Source: Octopus sinensis (lineage: Eukaryota). From it: DNA of 64,000 nucleotides. The notes beneath the pieces are model-generated. The model was given only the letters and a program-made list of their open reading frames with translations, made no database searches and had not been told where the DNA came from. The position numbers were made by a program, and so were the translations under genes. Positions 41,221 to 55,351 of the stretch are shown piece after piece. How positions within the stretch are numbered: the first letter of the stretch is position 1; each line of letters starts with the position of its first letter. The DNA lies in contig NC_042999.1 in NCBI RefSeq assembly GCF_006345805.1, positions 152,954,001-153,018,000 on the forward strand, read 5' to 3'.

Positions 41221-41940
41221 ATTCTAGTTTCAGCTCATGAGCTGTGGCCATGCTGGGGCACCGCCATTTGGTGTTGCTACATGGTTTTACTTCACGAATG
41301 CTTTTTAGCAACTGCCATTTGGTGCATGAGAGAGTTCGATGCAGCTGCCCTCATCTGCACCTGGTTCATCTGGGATACCTGACAAGAAGAGATCCAGTTT
41401 CATTTTAAAGACATCTGCATCCACCCCATGTAGGTCTCTTAGGTTCTTCGGGAGGATATTGAAGAGCTGTGGGCCTCGGAAGCCCAGGCTATCACAGTAT
41501 CTTGTCCTACATCTTGATGACAAATTTGGAGTCCTAGGCACCACGCAGTGGCGCCCAGTTCTGGCATTTGTGTAACTCTCGATGCCAAAGTTTGGGACAA
41601 GTCCCTCCAGGATCTTCCAGATGTATATTATGGCATATCTTTCTCGCCTACGCTCCAAGGAATAGAGTTTTAATATCTTGAGTCTTTCCCAGTAGCTTAT
41701 ATTCTGCATAGAGGCTATCTTCTTCGTGTAGCTACGTTGGATCGCCTCAAGTTCTGTGATCAACTTGACACTGGATGGTGACCATAGCTGAGAGCAATAG
41801 TCAAAGTGGCTTAGGACAAGTGTTCTCCAGAGGACCATCATGGTTTCTTGTTCTAAAGGTTCTGAGAATCCATCCGGCCAGTCGTCTACATTTCATTGCC
41901 AATTTAGCAACATGTACACGAAAGGTTGCGTCATCACTCA
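41221..41940 (-). mobile_element. CR1-clade LINE 3' end with 3' UTR
   Basis: RTLVLSHFDYCSQLWSP, LEAIQR, YWERLKILKLYSLERRRER, GPQLFNILP, KLDLFLSGIPDEP; tail GGCGGTGCCCCAGCATGGCCACAGCTCATGAGCTGAAAC. Confidence 0.92.
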
Positions 41941-42076
41941 GGTTTTTAATTATTGAATTGTGTTATTCGAAGCTATTCTAGTCAGGGTAGATTACAACAG
42001 TTCCATATCCGAACATTCTAGGTGAACTGGGTAAAATAAAAAGAGGAATATTAAGAAAATTAAACAAATTAACCTG

Positions 42077-42230
42077 ACATGGCTGTATGGCTAAGTAGGT
42101 CACTTTGCCACCACGAGGTTCGGTGACACTGGGCATCAGCTTGAGCTGAAGTTTATTACAATATCCTCTGGTTGACCAATGCCTTGTGAGAGAGTTTAGT
42201 AGATGGATAATGTTGTGTGTGTGTGTCACA
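42077..42230 (+). mobile_element. Very diverged SINE A 5' half
   Basis: TGGCTGTATGG..., GACCAATGCCTTGTGAG...GTAGATGGA. Confidence 0.5.
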
Positions 42231-42232
42231 CC

Positions 42233-42296
<64 letters not shown>

Positions 42297-42313
42297 TAGA
42301 TAGATAGATAGAT

Positions 42314-42380
<67 letters not shown>

Positions 42381-42410
42381 TGGATTATATATATATATAT
42401 ATATATATAT

Positions 42411-42632
42411 AGGCATAAGAGTGGCTGTGTGGTAAGAAGCTTGCTTCTCAACTACATGGTTCCATGTTCAGTCCTACTGCGTGGCACCTTGGGCAAGTGT
42501 CTTCTACTATGGTCTCAGACCGACCAAAGCCTTTGTGAGTGGATTTGGTAGATGGAAACTGGAACAAACCCGTTGTGTGTGTGCATGTGTGCCTGTGTGT
42601 GTGTGTTCGGGTTTGTCTCTCGCTACCGTTTA
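42411..42632 (+). mobile_element. SINE A 5' half
   Basis: Head and CORE-like segment; ends shortly after the (TG) tract. Confidence 0.85.
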
Positions 42633-43617
42633 AGAACTTAATATAAGAATTATACCCAATATTCCATGTCGGGAGATAAAAACACGAAAGAAAGCAGGTA
42701 ACCAAACTATCCTTGCCCATTAGAGATTTACATGAATCTTCATACATATATATAAATTCTTCACTGGGCCATTTATGGTCAAAATATGAAGATGAATAAA
42801 TGTTTTTAAGGCAAAAGTTAATCTCTTTCCCTATTCATATGTAATTTATTAACATTTTTCTGATTTTCTAAAATGACGACCTTTTGCGCATACACTGTAC
42901 TGATGCAAGCAAACCATAACACTCATACGTACATACATACATACATACATACATACATACATACATACATACATACATACATACATACATACATACATAC
43001 GTTGCAACGACGGAGCTTTCAATTTAGAATTGTAAAACCAGCCCCTACGCATAGCAAGTTTTAAATAATTAAAGACATGCATAACACACACACACACACA
43101 CACACACACTAACATGTACACACACACATATACATGCGCTATATATAAATGTGATTGTGTATCTGTACACATAAATATTTATATAAATTTACATACGTAT
43201 GTGTTTGTATATATAAGGGTAAGTATTATCATATATATATATATATATATTATATGTATGTATGTATATGCAAAATAAACATATTCATGCATATAATTGG
43301 TGGACATATTTGTGTGTGTGTGTTTGTGTGTGTGTGTCTGTGTGTGTTTGTGTGTGTGTGTGTTGTTCATCTCAGCTAGCACTAAAATGTTTACATTGAA
43401 ACTAAATATCTCTTTCTCTGTTTATCACCAAAACCGTTTCATATTTGCACTTTTGCTATCATTGTTGATTTTCTTATTGTTGTATATGTTGTTATTGTTG
43501 TTGTTGTTGCTGTCGCAAGTTCTACTTTTTTTTGTTTTTTTCTTAATAAGTAAAATGTGCATTAGGATAGCGTTGACGAAAATACGAACTGATCAAGGGT
43601 CAAGAGTTATGGTCTGA

Positions 43618-43657
<40 letters not shown>

Positions 43658-43689
43658 ATATATATATATATGCACGTATGTATATATGC

Positions 43690-43792
<103 letters not shown>

Positions 43793-43907
43793 TGTAGTAT
43801 GTATGTATGTATTGGAGAGGGAGTAACGGAAAGAGAATAAATAAAGATTTGGAGGAAGTATAGATCAACAACAAGAAGAAACAGAAGAAGGCGAAGAATT
43901 AGGAAGA

Positions 43908-43938
<31 letters not shown>

Positions 43939-44236
43939 GGGGGGAAGAAAAGGAGAAAATGAAGAAGTAGAATGCAGATAGATAAAGAAACAAAAGCGAA
44001 GGAAAATAAACACAAACAAAAACATATAAGAAAAGAGAAACAAACAAATAAAACAGAAAACGAGAAAAATTATAAAAGCACACAAACAGCAACAAAAAAA
44101 AATATCAAAGCTACAGAAGGAAAAAAAAAAAAACAATATCAGAGAGAAAGGGGAAAAAATGGTAGGAGATGAAAAATAAAAGACTTCGAAGTAGATGTGA
44201 AGTATGAAGAAAGAAGGGAAAAAATATGAAAGAAAA

Positions 44237-44269
<33 letters not shown>

Positions 44270-44530
44270 ATATATATACAAATATATATTAGACGAAAAG
44301 AAAATGGCGTCGTTGGAAAAGCGAGGAACGCGTTTGAAAGGAGTAAAATGATGAATGATATTAGGTCAACGAACGGGAAATAACAACGGCGGGAAATGAT
44401 AAAGCGGGATATGATGAAGAGAGAAATGATAAAATGTCTTACGTGGTCTCTGGTCTTTCATTTACTCAGATACGTACACGCATACATGCACGCACAAACA
44501 GCGTATTTTGTGCCTGTGTGTTTGTATATA

Positions 44531-44578
<48 letters not shown>

Positions 44579-45643
44579 ATTGTGTATATTATATATATAT
44601 ATATATATACGCATAAACGCACACGCACACACATATATATATATACACATATGTACATATGTGCGTGCGTACGTGTGTGTCTTCATATACATATATTTGC
44701 GTATATTTGTATATGTGTATGTATACCTTATATATATATACATGTGTGTGTATACATGTATACATAGATACACATATAAGCGTGGAAGTGTATATGTATA
44801 GAAGCATATACGTGTATACACAAGCATTGTATTTTTATATGTACGTGAGCGTATGCATGCATATCCACACGCACGCATGTACATGAATGTACATACATAA
44901 AGACAAAACGAAACGCACACATACAATTATATATACACCCGCACTCAAATGTCCTGATAACTTTTTGTATACATATGTGTGTGTGCGTGTGCATTATTTC
45001 GTTTAATTATAATAATTTTGTGTGCTTCTGTTTTGTGCCTGCGTATACGTGTGTATATTTTCTTGCATATTGTAAAAATCTGTAATATACATACGATTAA
45101 AAGTTCAAATTTATAATTGCTTACGCATTCTATCTACACAAGTGTGTGTGTGTGTGTGTTTAATTTTCAAATAGAACGAATTAATAATAATTTGAATTAA
45201 TTAAGTTCCCTTACCTTTTAATTATTCAAATTACCGTGTCTACAAATCTTCGTTTCATATTTCCGATATTGTGAAATCTCTCTTCAGCTGATCAAATCAG
45301 GCTCTTTTAGCAATAAATATTGCCGATGACGACCATTATAACTAAACGAAGGACATATCTACCCCCAATGCTCGCAAATACAGATTCGATGGTTACCAAA
45401 GAATCTAAATCATTTTTTTGAAAATTATCAATCTTTTAAAACAGCTCAAATATGGCTGAAGCATATTTGACCTGTACAAAACCCGTGTTCACGGCTAATT
45501 TACTGTGGGAAATTTTCCCGAACATTTTCACAGGCGTGGCGGGGTTAAATTAGTTAATTAGTGTCACACGAATGTTTTCTATTGTTCATATTGCACTTAA
45601 ATTTTCAATAATAATTTATGAGAAAAAAATTAGTTACAGACCC

Positions 45644-46083
45644 AGACGTGGCTGTGTGGTAAGAAGCTTGGTTCCCAACCACATGTTTCCCAACCACATG
45701 GTTCCGGGTTCCGAGCGGTACTTTGGGTATGTGCCTTCTACAATATATAGCGTCGGGCCGACCACAGCCTTATAAATGGATTTGGTAGATGGAAACTAAA
45801 AGAAGCCCGTCGTACATATATATATATATATATATATACATGTGCGTATGTATATATGTATGTGTGTATGTATTTGTGTGTCTGTGTTTGTCTCCCCACC
45901 ATCACTTGACAAGCAATGTTGGTGTGTTTACGTCTCCGTAACTTGGCGGTTCAACAAAAGATACCGATAGAATAAGTATAAGGCTTACAAAGAATAAGTC
46001 GTAGAGTTGATTTCTTCGACTAAAGGCGGTGCTCCAGGATGGCCGCAGTCAAATGACTGAAAGAAGTAAAAGAATAAAGAATA
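45644..46083 (+). mobile_element. SINE A
   Basis: Head with duplicated TTCCCAACCACATG; complete tail. Confidence 0.9.
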
Positions 46084-46089
46084 TATATT

Positions 46090-46148
<59 letters not shown>

Positions 46149-46159
46149 ATATATAATAA

Positions 46160-46372
46160 TTTATGTGTGTGTCTTTGTGTCTGTGTTTGTTTCCCACAAC
46201 CACTTGACTACCGGTGTTACTGTGTTTGCGTCCCCGTAATCTAACGGTTTGGCCAAAGTAACCGATAGAATAAGTATCAGGCTTAAAAGACAAAAAGGAC
46301 TGAGGTCAATTCGTTCGACTAAAATTCTTTAAGTCTGTGTCCCAGCATGGCTGCAAGCCAATGACTGAAACA
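46160..46372 (+). mobile_element. SINE A 3' half following (TA)n
   Basis: TGTGTTTGTTTCCC...GATAGAATAAGTA...CAGCATGG...GACTGAAAC. Confidence 0.8.
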
Positions 46373-46375
46373 AAG

Positions 46376-46634
46376 CAGCGAGCTAGCAGAAACGTTAGAT
46401 CGATCCAAGTACGCAACAGGTACTTTATTTATCGACCCCGAAAGGATGAAAGGCAAGGTCGATTAAGTCGATTACATCTACCCCATTGCGTAACTGGTAC
46501 TTATTTAATCGACCCCGAAAGGATGAAAGGCAAAGTCGACCTCGGCGGAATTTGAACTCCGAACGTAGCGGCAGACGAAATACGGCAAAGCATTTCGCCC
46601 AGTGCGCTAACGTTTCTGCCAGCTCGCCGCCTTA
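46376..46634 (-). mobile_element. SINE C with duplicated central domain and a second, inverted head
   Basis: ATCGACCCCGAAAGGATGAAAGGCAA occurs twice; GCGAGCTAGCAGAAACGTTAG on + at 46379 mirrors the minus-strand head. Confidence 0.85.
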
Positions 46635-47194
46635 CAGCGTTTGATTATTAGAACTCTAAGAAAATCAGAAACACATTTTTTTTTCTGATAGTCTTAGAGT
46701 TCTAACAATTGGCATATTATTTTATTATTGACATCAGCAGGATAAATAACAAAGTAGAGCAACTCAGAGGTTTTTTGCAAGGTATCTAAATCCACCTAAA
46801 ATCCATTGTAAAGTCGGACACCTTTCGGTATTGCCAGTAGGTATTGCAGGGTCACAAGCGTTTCGTCTGCTAACCTGTACACTTCAAGTGAGTGGGGCAG
46901 CGGGGACTGAATTAGTCTTCGTCTATGAAAAGGTTTCTCTTGCGCTCTTTCCTCAACTACAGCTACCATTAGCTTGTTTCCGATGGTGTGCGTTCTTTGA
47001 AATCCTGGGTTCCAGACCTATCTTCTGTCGGGAAATAGAATAACTATGTAGCTGGAAACCTCAGCAGCCGACTTCAACAGAGAATGAGCTCACACGTGCC
47101 ATCCTTTGTCAAGGGACTCGTCGATCAAATTCTTATATTTGGATTTCTATGTATGTCACTGGTGGGAAATATATATATATACATATATATATAC

Positions 47195-47300
47195 AAAATG
47201 GGACAACATTCAGAAGAGGTTAAAAAAACACGGACGGGTCATTCGAAGCCTTCAATCTTCAGTCAAGAACCGGATCATCCTCGCAGTTTCGATACATATA
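47195..47300 (-). mobile_element. Fragment of the PLE-type terminal repeat seen at 47983-49190
   Basis: GATGATCCGGTTCTTGACTGAAGA...TTCGAATG-CC-GTCCGTG shared. Confidence 0.6.
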
Positions 47301-47353
47301 TATGTATATATATAAGCCCGTCCTGCGCCTATATATATATATATATATACATA

Positions 47354-47393
<40 letters not shown>

Positions 47394-47903
47394 CATTTAC
47401 ATACACACTTACATACACACACACACACATATATATATAGACTTTACTAATTTTCTCTTACAATAACAACATATCGCTGTATTCTTCTGTAAACGTAGAC
47501 ATAAATCGTGAATACCTACACAAACACATGCCTATATACATGCAAACATACGTATATACATCTTTGCAAAGACATGTATGTATACATCTTCGTAGACGGA
47601 TATATGTGTGCATATGGCTGTGTGTGAGTCTGAGTGTATAAAAATTTGCATATGTATAATTACATATAATATGCACTTATGTATATACATATATATGTGT
47701 GCATACATATATATCCATTTATAACTGCATATATATAACAACAATATATGTATATTATAACAATATATATATGTATATATATAATATGAATATATATAAG
47801 TATACACATATATATATATATACACATACATATAAGCATATATACATACATCCAAGCAAAGACAATGTACACAAAATCTGGAATGTGTTTATATCTCTGT
47901 ATA

Positions 47904-47957
<54 letters not shown>

Positions 47958-47982
47958 TTATGCATATATATATATATATATA

Positions 47983-49190
47983 TATCAGTCGTAAGACACT
48001 TGTTGTTGTTTTCACCGTTAATGCTTCTGTATTTCATGTTTCTGTATTATTATTTTTTTGTTTTTTTATATTCGTCCCTTTTGCTGTCCTGGTGTCCGTT
48101 TGCATTCGATCTTCTTCCAGGAAATCTACGCTCCCAGCTTAGTTTTTCTAATGCTCGTTGCTTAGTTTTTCTGGAGGGCTGGCCGTGATCTAGTAATCTC
48201 AAGATTAATCAGCCGAAATTACTACGATGATCGGTTCTTGACTGAAGAACTGAGGGTTTCGAATGTCCTGTCCGTGTATTGTATCGTCTTCTAAGAGTTA
48301 TACGTTCTTGTCCATGTTGTATTTTTCTACATACCTTAACATATATTCCAGGCGCCACGTACCTCTTAACATTAATGTGAGCACATATTCTTAATAACTG
48401 GTACGATCTTTGTTTGTCTCTCTCTCTCTCTCACTTTTACTTGATCTGTCCCTTCTCTCTCTACTCATCCCTTTTTCTCTTCTCTTCCTCTGATTCTTGG
48501 TCTAATCTTCCACTACCCTCCTAATTCTTTGTCTCGCTCTGCACTCACAGGTCAATCTTCGACACCCATCCCTTCTCCTCTCTGATTCCTTCTTTCTCTC
48601 TCTTCTCTCCTTTGTTGCGTTTGTCCCTACTCTATCTCTCTCTCCTCTCTCTCTCTCTTCCGTTGCTTCTCTTTCTTTTCTTTTCTCTCTTCTCTGTACG
48701 TGACTGCTGACGAAATGCCTTTCAGCTTCTGACCAGAGGTCGTGTTAACATCGTTGTTTTTCGTCCGCCGCTATAGGCATCGCCGATAAGGCTCCTTTCC
48801 TTGGGCCAGAGAAATAATTTGTTTGCTTGTTATCAGTCGTAAGACACTGTTGTGTTGTTTCACCGTTAATGCTTCTGTATTTCATTTTCTGTATTCCATT
48901 ATTTTTTTGTGTTTTTATATTCGTCCCTTTTGCTGTCCTGGTGTCCGTATGCATTCGATCCTTCTTTCCAGGAATTCTACGCTCCCAGCTTAGTTTTTTC
49001 TAATGCTCGTTGCTTAGTTTTTCTTGGAGGGCTGGCCGTGATCTAGTAATCCAAGATTAATCAGCCGAAATTACTACGATGATCGGTTCTTGACTGAAGA
49101 CTGAGGGTTTCGAATGTCCTGTCCGTGTTATTGTATCGTCTTCTAAGAGTTATAGTTCTTGTACATGTTGTATTTTTCTACATACCTTAA
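47983..49190 (+). mobile_element. Partial-tandem element with ~360-bp direct repeats (47983-48339, 48831-49190), PLE pseudo-LTR-like
   Basis: Near-identical repeats bracket a pyrimidine-rich body; both outer ends abut (TA)n; RRHVPLNIN after the first repeat resembles PLE ORF ends. Confidence 0.55.
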
Positions 49191-49214
49191 TATATATATA
49201 TATATATATATATA

Positions 49215-49500
49215 GATATATATATAATTTTAATCCAAACGGGAAACAAGAAAACAAAAACAATGGAACAATTACAGTATATTATTAATAGGCGCTCAGG
49301 GAAATGGAGAAGGGAGGTATGACGTTTCGAGCGGAGCTCTTCGTCGGAAACATAAAGAAGGAAGAGAGAGGAAAGAAAGATCCCAGAGGCGGGCAACAGG
49401 GAAAGAGAAAAAAGACGACTGGTGTTTACGAGTTGCACATGGTGAAAGGCGGATGTTACGAAAAAGAGCAAAGTGTGGTTTTTTAAAGGCAAAAGAGTGG
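49215..49500 (-). mobile_element. PLE-type terminus with hammerhead-like motif (49321-49347)
   Basis: CCGACGA-A-GAGC-TCC-GCTC-GAAACGTC, then CCTGAGCGCC...TTTGGATTAAAAT(TA)n. Confidence 0.6.
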
Positions 49501-49545
49501 AGACAAGGTTGGTAACGCAACAGATATGTGTGTATGTGTGAGTGT

Positions 49546-49576
<31 letters not shown>

Positions 49577-49996
49577 AGGCGAGATGAAAAAAACAAAAAA
49601 ATATATATGTGTGTTAGTGTGTGCGTCTGTGTGTAGGCGTGTGAGGTAGGGCGAGACAGTGGTCAGCTTAGCAGACAAAGGTCAGTAGTAAGAAAAGAAG
49701 GAAGGAGGAAGGGAGGGAGGGAAGGGGGGGGGGCGTATGTAGCGTGCCAGCGTGTGTTGAGTAGTAGTGTGTGTGTGTGTCCAGTGTCGTGGTGGTATTA
49801 ATGGCGAGTAGATTGAATGGTGTAAGAGTAATGTATATATTAAGCAATGTGTGTATAGTGTGCGCGTGTGTGTAAAACGAAAAAGGGGGGGGTTAAGGAA
49901 AAAGGACTCAGCTGAGGGGAAGATGGAAGAGTGGTCCCGCGGAGGCGGGCGTGGAAAACCCAACGACACATATATGTGTGTGTGTGTGTGTGTATT

Positions 49997-50041
<45 letters not shown>

Positions 50042-50571
50042 TATCCATATATGATGCGTATGTATGTGTATATATACTCGTATATTGCACTGTGTGTGTG
50101 CAAGTGTGTTCATATATCAGTCGAACACGTTCTTCTATACACAAGCATTATGGAGTCCACGTCTTTTTTTTTTTTTCACTCCATCCCTATCGCCATCATT
50201 TTCGTCTTTCATCGTTTCCTGTCAGTCTCTCCGTAACAACGCTCATATACACGACACTATCCTTTAGCGCTCGACCGTTAACTACTGATAAAAGCTAACA
50301 CGATGGCTTCTGGATCTTTTTGAAACTTCACTTACGCTTACGTGAGTTGCCTTCTGAGATGCCTGATTAGTTGGTTGCGCGCTCGATTGCCTGCTCATCT
50401 GATCTTTTTCTTTTTTTTTTTTTCATGTTTCGGTTTTTTTATGTTTTTAGTTGTATCCGTGCCATCGTATTTTTCTGTTAAAGCACGAATATGTAAGTGT
50501 TGGTTCTATACATGAAATATATATGTATATATAAATACCGAGACACCTGTATGTATATATATACATATATA

Positions 50572-50602
<31 letters not shown>

Positions 50603-50679
50603 ACATATAAATACATATATATTTATATATATTTATAAATATATATATTTATACAAATACCTAGACACCTTTTATAAGT

Positions 50680-50724
<45 letters not shown>

Positions 50725-50725
50725 T

Positions 50726-50761
<36 letters not shown>

Positions 50762-50783
50762 GTTATGATAGATAGATAGATAG

Positions 50784-50834
<51 letters not shown>

Positions 50835-50970
50835 GTAGATAGATAAATAGATAGATAGATTGTTTTGATTGCACGTGTACACACGTGTGAATGCATTTTT
50901 GTCTCTATATTTATATATACATATCCATATATGCATGTACATACAAATCTATACCCACATACATGCATAC

Positions 50971-51019
<49 letters not shown>

Positions 51020-51120
51020 CACACACATATATATGTGTGTATATACGTATTTACATATATGATGTATATATATGTATATATACATATATATATATATACA
51101 TATATGTACATGTATATATT

Positions 51121-51152
<32 letters not shown>

Positions 51153-51358
51153 TAGATACTTTTATGCATGTATATATATATATGCTGTATATATATATAT
51201 ATATACATGCCCTATATTAATCTGGAATGATCACCGTTCAAATGTAGACTGAATACATTAAGTAATGTATACCCTCTCTTTATTTGTGCAATGTCAACCC
51301 ATACAATATCTCACCTGTTTTACAAGCACGTATGATGCAATTGCGTCTTAGCCATATA

Positions 51359-51725
51359 CGTGGTCGGATCAATAAGTATGTGAACTCCTGCCATAGTAAC
51401 AAAGCAGAATGAGTACAAATTGCCCTTGATCTCTGTGGTGCATGCACACTAAGTTTCAACGTTCTAGCTAACTTTCAAATTTTACGGCAGTGCTTGGAAG
51501 ATATGTGTGTAGCGTGTGATCATCGCATTGACCATAACAGAGCAGGTTGAGCAGGTAATCTACATCAAATTTTGCCAGAAGCTTGGCGATACCTGCTCAG
51601 AGGCCTGCGCAATATTTTCAAAATGTTTTCATCGATCTCGACACAATCAAGGAAATCTTGTGCAACTGAAATACGGGTATCTCTTTGGTCAACTGAAAGT
51701 AGTTTTGGCACAAACTTGGCAGAAC
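51359..51725 (+). mobile_element. Second copy of the fold-back mariner, truncated by SINE A
   Basis: Same TIR/5' UTR, TEQVEQVIYIKFCQKLGDTCSEA, and the same inversion junction as at 6329. Confidence 0.8.
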
Positions 51726-52018
51726 AAATCGACCTCAGGGCTTATTCTTTGTGAGCTGAGTCTCTATCGGTCTCTTTTACCGAACCTCTAGGTTACGGGG
51801 ACGTAAACACACCAACGTAAACACACCAACATCGGTTGTCAAGCGATGGTGGGGTAACAAACACAGACGCACAAACATATACATATATTCATATATACAA
51901 CGGGCTTCTTTCAGTTTCTGTCTACCAAATCTACTCATAAGGCTTTGGTCAGCCCCGAGGCTATAGCAGAAGACACTTGCCCAAGGTGCCATGCAAGCTA
52001 CTTACCAAACAGCCACTC
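51726..52018 (-). mobile_element. SINE A with deleted B-box region and no tail
   Basis: Body match; GGTGCC joins directly to ATGCAAGCTACTTACC. Confidence 0.85.
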
Positions 52019-52389
52019 GATTTGGGGGAGTGGTGCAGTGTCAGTTAGCAATACATGAAATCTCGGTTTACCGTGCAATTCACGTTTATACAAGAGAAAA
52101 TCTTTCGACATGATTTTCGACAAATTGATGCTACTATCGTGGTACACATAGCAGTCAAACCGCAAGCAGATGAAATAGACTCTGCGAGCTATCTTGCTCG
52201 GTTCAGATATCCGCCAATCTACTGCTCAAGGTCAATAACTTTTTTTAATCGATCTCGAGAGAATAAAAGATAAACTTCGTCTAAGAGAGGTTTGAAACCA
52301 GAGCAGCAGAACCTATCATAATACTGTGAACCCTCCCCTTCTATGCTATCAACACTGTTAATTCTCCAACTTAGGATTCTGACCATATC

Positions 52390-52760
52390 TTCTATCTTTC
52401 AACTCTCGCTGGTTTCAGCCAGAGGCTGGGGTCATGTTGGAACACCCACTTTCTGTGTCTGGATGTCTTTTCTGTATTGTTTCAAGCGAATTTTCGAGTT
52501 GGACGTATCTGCTCTTTTTTTGTGCCCGCTGCCGCATCATGGGCTCATCAGGTATCTCAGATAAAAAAAATTTCAGATGCTCTTTGAAGACTTCTACATC
52601 TACATCTCGCAAATGTTTGAGATTGTTTGGTAGAAAGTCGAAGAGTCCTGGCCTTGAAACCCAAGCTGTTACAATACTAGGTCCTTATTCGAGATGGAGA
52701 AGACGGGATCTTTGGTATTATGCAGTGATGTCCAGTTCGGAGGTTGGTCTTAGGTTTCCT
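52390..52760 (-). mobile_element. CR1-clade LINE 3' end, second subfamily
   Basis: RTGHHCIIPK, DVDVEVFKEHLKFFLSEIPDEP; tail GGTGTTCCAACATGACCCCAGCCTCTGGCTGAAAC. Confidence 0.8.
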
Positions 52761-52834
52761 CATACTACGGACTTTTTCTTAAATAAGGCACATTTGAAGG
52801 AATTTGTTGTTACCATTGCTTGTTGTTGCTTCTT

Positions 52835-52905
<71 letters not shown>

Positions 52906-53214
52906 CATTATTATTATTCTACTAGTCAGGACTCACGTCATTAGCCACAAAGAATAATCTCTAATTTGAGCCAACTCTAAGCTACTAAGAATGCGTGCGG
53001 CAACTTGAAGATATACCCATCACACGCGATAGACCGGCGGTTGCACGGGCGCAAAAGCTACGTTGTTATCCTCATTCCGTAAACGGTGGCTTTTCAACGG
53101 GTGAAGAGCTGAACCATCCTGAGGTACAGAGGATTCGCAATCAGACTAGGGTCTGAAAGTTTACCACACCATAGTGGGTTACACCATAGTCACTCTGCTT
53201 TGTGGAAGAATTAG

Positions 53215-53390
53215 GACGAAATAGTGAAAGTTGTGGTAAAGAGTACAGCGTTGTTCACCCCCACCCCGCCGAGGATCGTGGAGCTTAGGTGTTTTTGCTC
53301 AATAAACACTCACAATGCCCGGTCTGTAAATCGAAACTGCGATCTTACGACCGCAAGTCCGCTGCCCTAACCACTGGGCCATTGTGCCTC
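53215..53390 (-). mobile_element. SINE B, diverged
   Basis: GAGGCACAATGGCCCAGTGGTTAGGGCAGCGG head and body. Confidence 0.8.
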
Positions 53391-54082
53391 GACTGTTGTT
53401 GTTGCTGTCGTCGTTGTCGTTGTTGTTATTGTTGCTATTTTTTAACCACAGGTTTGCCCTAAATGAGCATATCCTTGATCAAAGGTGTCTGAACAACAAC
53501 TCGGGCAGAATTATGGACGATAACGTCTTTGCAGGTTGGATAATTTTGCAGACGCTCACGTGACTTGGCTTTGCCTCCATGCAGTGGCATTCTGTGAGTA
53601 ACATTCATGTGTGCAGGCACAACAACAACAACAACAACACATCAACAACCAACAAAAAAAAAACAATATCAAGAAGTATATGTTCACATAGAGTGGGCTG
53701 GTGAAATTAATACGCCAATTTCATTATAGAGTCACCGGCGGCGTATATGCCATTACACTTTAATAACAAACGCATTAAACTGTCTTAGTTGATTGAATGT
53801 AAAGGAAGTAGTTTCATTTTTGTTTGTTTGTTTGTTTGTTTGTTTTTTTGCAAGGCTGTTCTTCTAAATACCATAACTCCCGCTGATGCTGAAAAATTCA
53901 ACCTGACCACGTACATACACAGACACACACACATCTGTGATATAGTTGTTGCCTTGTAAAATATTTGCATTCGTAGATGCATAAGTAACATACATTTTGC
54001 TTTATACCTCCTTCTGCATATTCCTATAGATAAACATCTCTGTTTCCTCTTCCTAACTCTCTCACCTCCTCTGTATAATATA

Positions 54083-54455
54083 CTAGCAGTATCGCCCGGC
54101 GTTGCTCAGGTTTGTAAGGGAAATAACTATAAAGCATTTTTAGAGAGTTATAGCCAAAAAATAGAAAAAAAATGATGGTAAATTTTTTTTCAGAGTTAAA
54201 AAAGGTGGAGTTGCGTCCCCTAGACGGTCTGTGGTTTGGGTTTCTGATTCTCGACCCCATGTCGAATTTATCGATTTTTTTCAGAACTGGGGGAACTTTT
54301 CAAAATTTTCGCTGCGTTAGTTTTGAATTATGACATTGGGCTATGTGTGTGTCAAGTTTCATCAGAATCGGTTGAAAGCCGTGGTCAGAGTGAGGGTACG
54401 AGAAAACAGACACACAGAAAACGCACAGACAAACTGCCGTTTATATAGAGAGAGA
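54083..54455 (-). mobile_element. Non-autonomous Helitron, copy of 8455-8824
   Basis: A|TC...hairpin-CTAG|T; aligns along its whole length. Confidence 0.8.
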
Positions 54456-54559
54456 TACATACAAACATACATACACATACACGGACGCACGCACAAATGC
54501 ACACACACACACATACACATATACATACACACATATAGGTACATTTACGCGCTGATGTA

Positions 54560-54720
54560 GCAGTAGCTCTGTGGTAAGAAGTTTACTTCCCAACCACTTT
54601 GTTCCGGGTTCAATTCCACCGTATGGTATCTTAACCAAGTGTCTTCTACTTAATCCACAAGCGAACCAAATCTTCGTCAGTCAGTGGATTTGTTAGATGG
54701 AAACTTAAAGAAGCTCACCA
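54560..54720 (+). mobile_element. Diverged SINE A 5' half
   Basis: GTGGTAAGAAG...GGGTTCAATTCC...AAGTGTCTTCTAC...GATGGAAACTTAAAGAAGC. Confidence 0.7.
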
Positions 54721-54766
<46 letters not shown>

Positions 54767-54954
54767 CATATCTATATATATATATACAGCCTTGTATTTT
54801 TTATCTTATTACGCAAAAAATTCTTATATGTATATATATATAAACCAGCTTAGAGAAGAAGAAGAAGAAGAAGAAGAAGAAGAAGAAGAAACGAAACGAA
54901 ACCAAACGAATCGAATCGAATCGACGCGAAGGCGCTCAGTCATACAATAGTGTA

Positions 54955-54991
<37 letters not shown>

Positions 54992-55351
54992 AATAAGAAA
55001 ATGGAGATTGGGAATTTGGTAATTGTTTGTTATTAACAAATTATTCATCATTCCTTACAGCTGCTTCAATTAATGCTCAGTAAATATTAATCAAATATTA
55101 AATTCGTATGACCTTAGCATTATAGCTTGAGAGGGGAAAAAATATTGCTCGGATGTTTTATATGTATTTATGGATTCATTATAGCAGACTGAATGATTCC
55201 GCCAAAATGATAGGCATTGAACCAGTATTTCCTTGGATAGACCCATTCCTTCGTCAGGTTAGCACAACCTCTAATTATATATATATATATGTATATGTAT
55301 ATATATAAATAAATGAAAAGAATGGAGTCGAACGAAGATTTTATCAAAATT

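Noticed and set aside
47235-47262. CTGAAGA...CTTC-GAATGAC as a functional hammerhead
   Set aside because: A15.1 and the NUH triplet are missing; kept only as a degenerate motif in the 47983-49190 finding.
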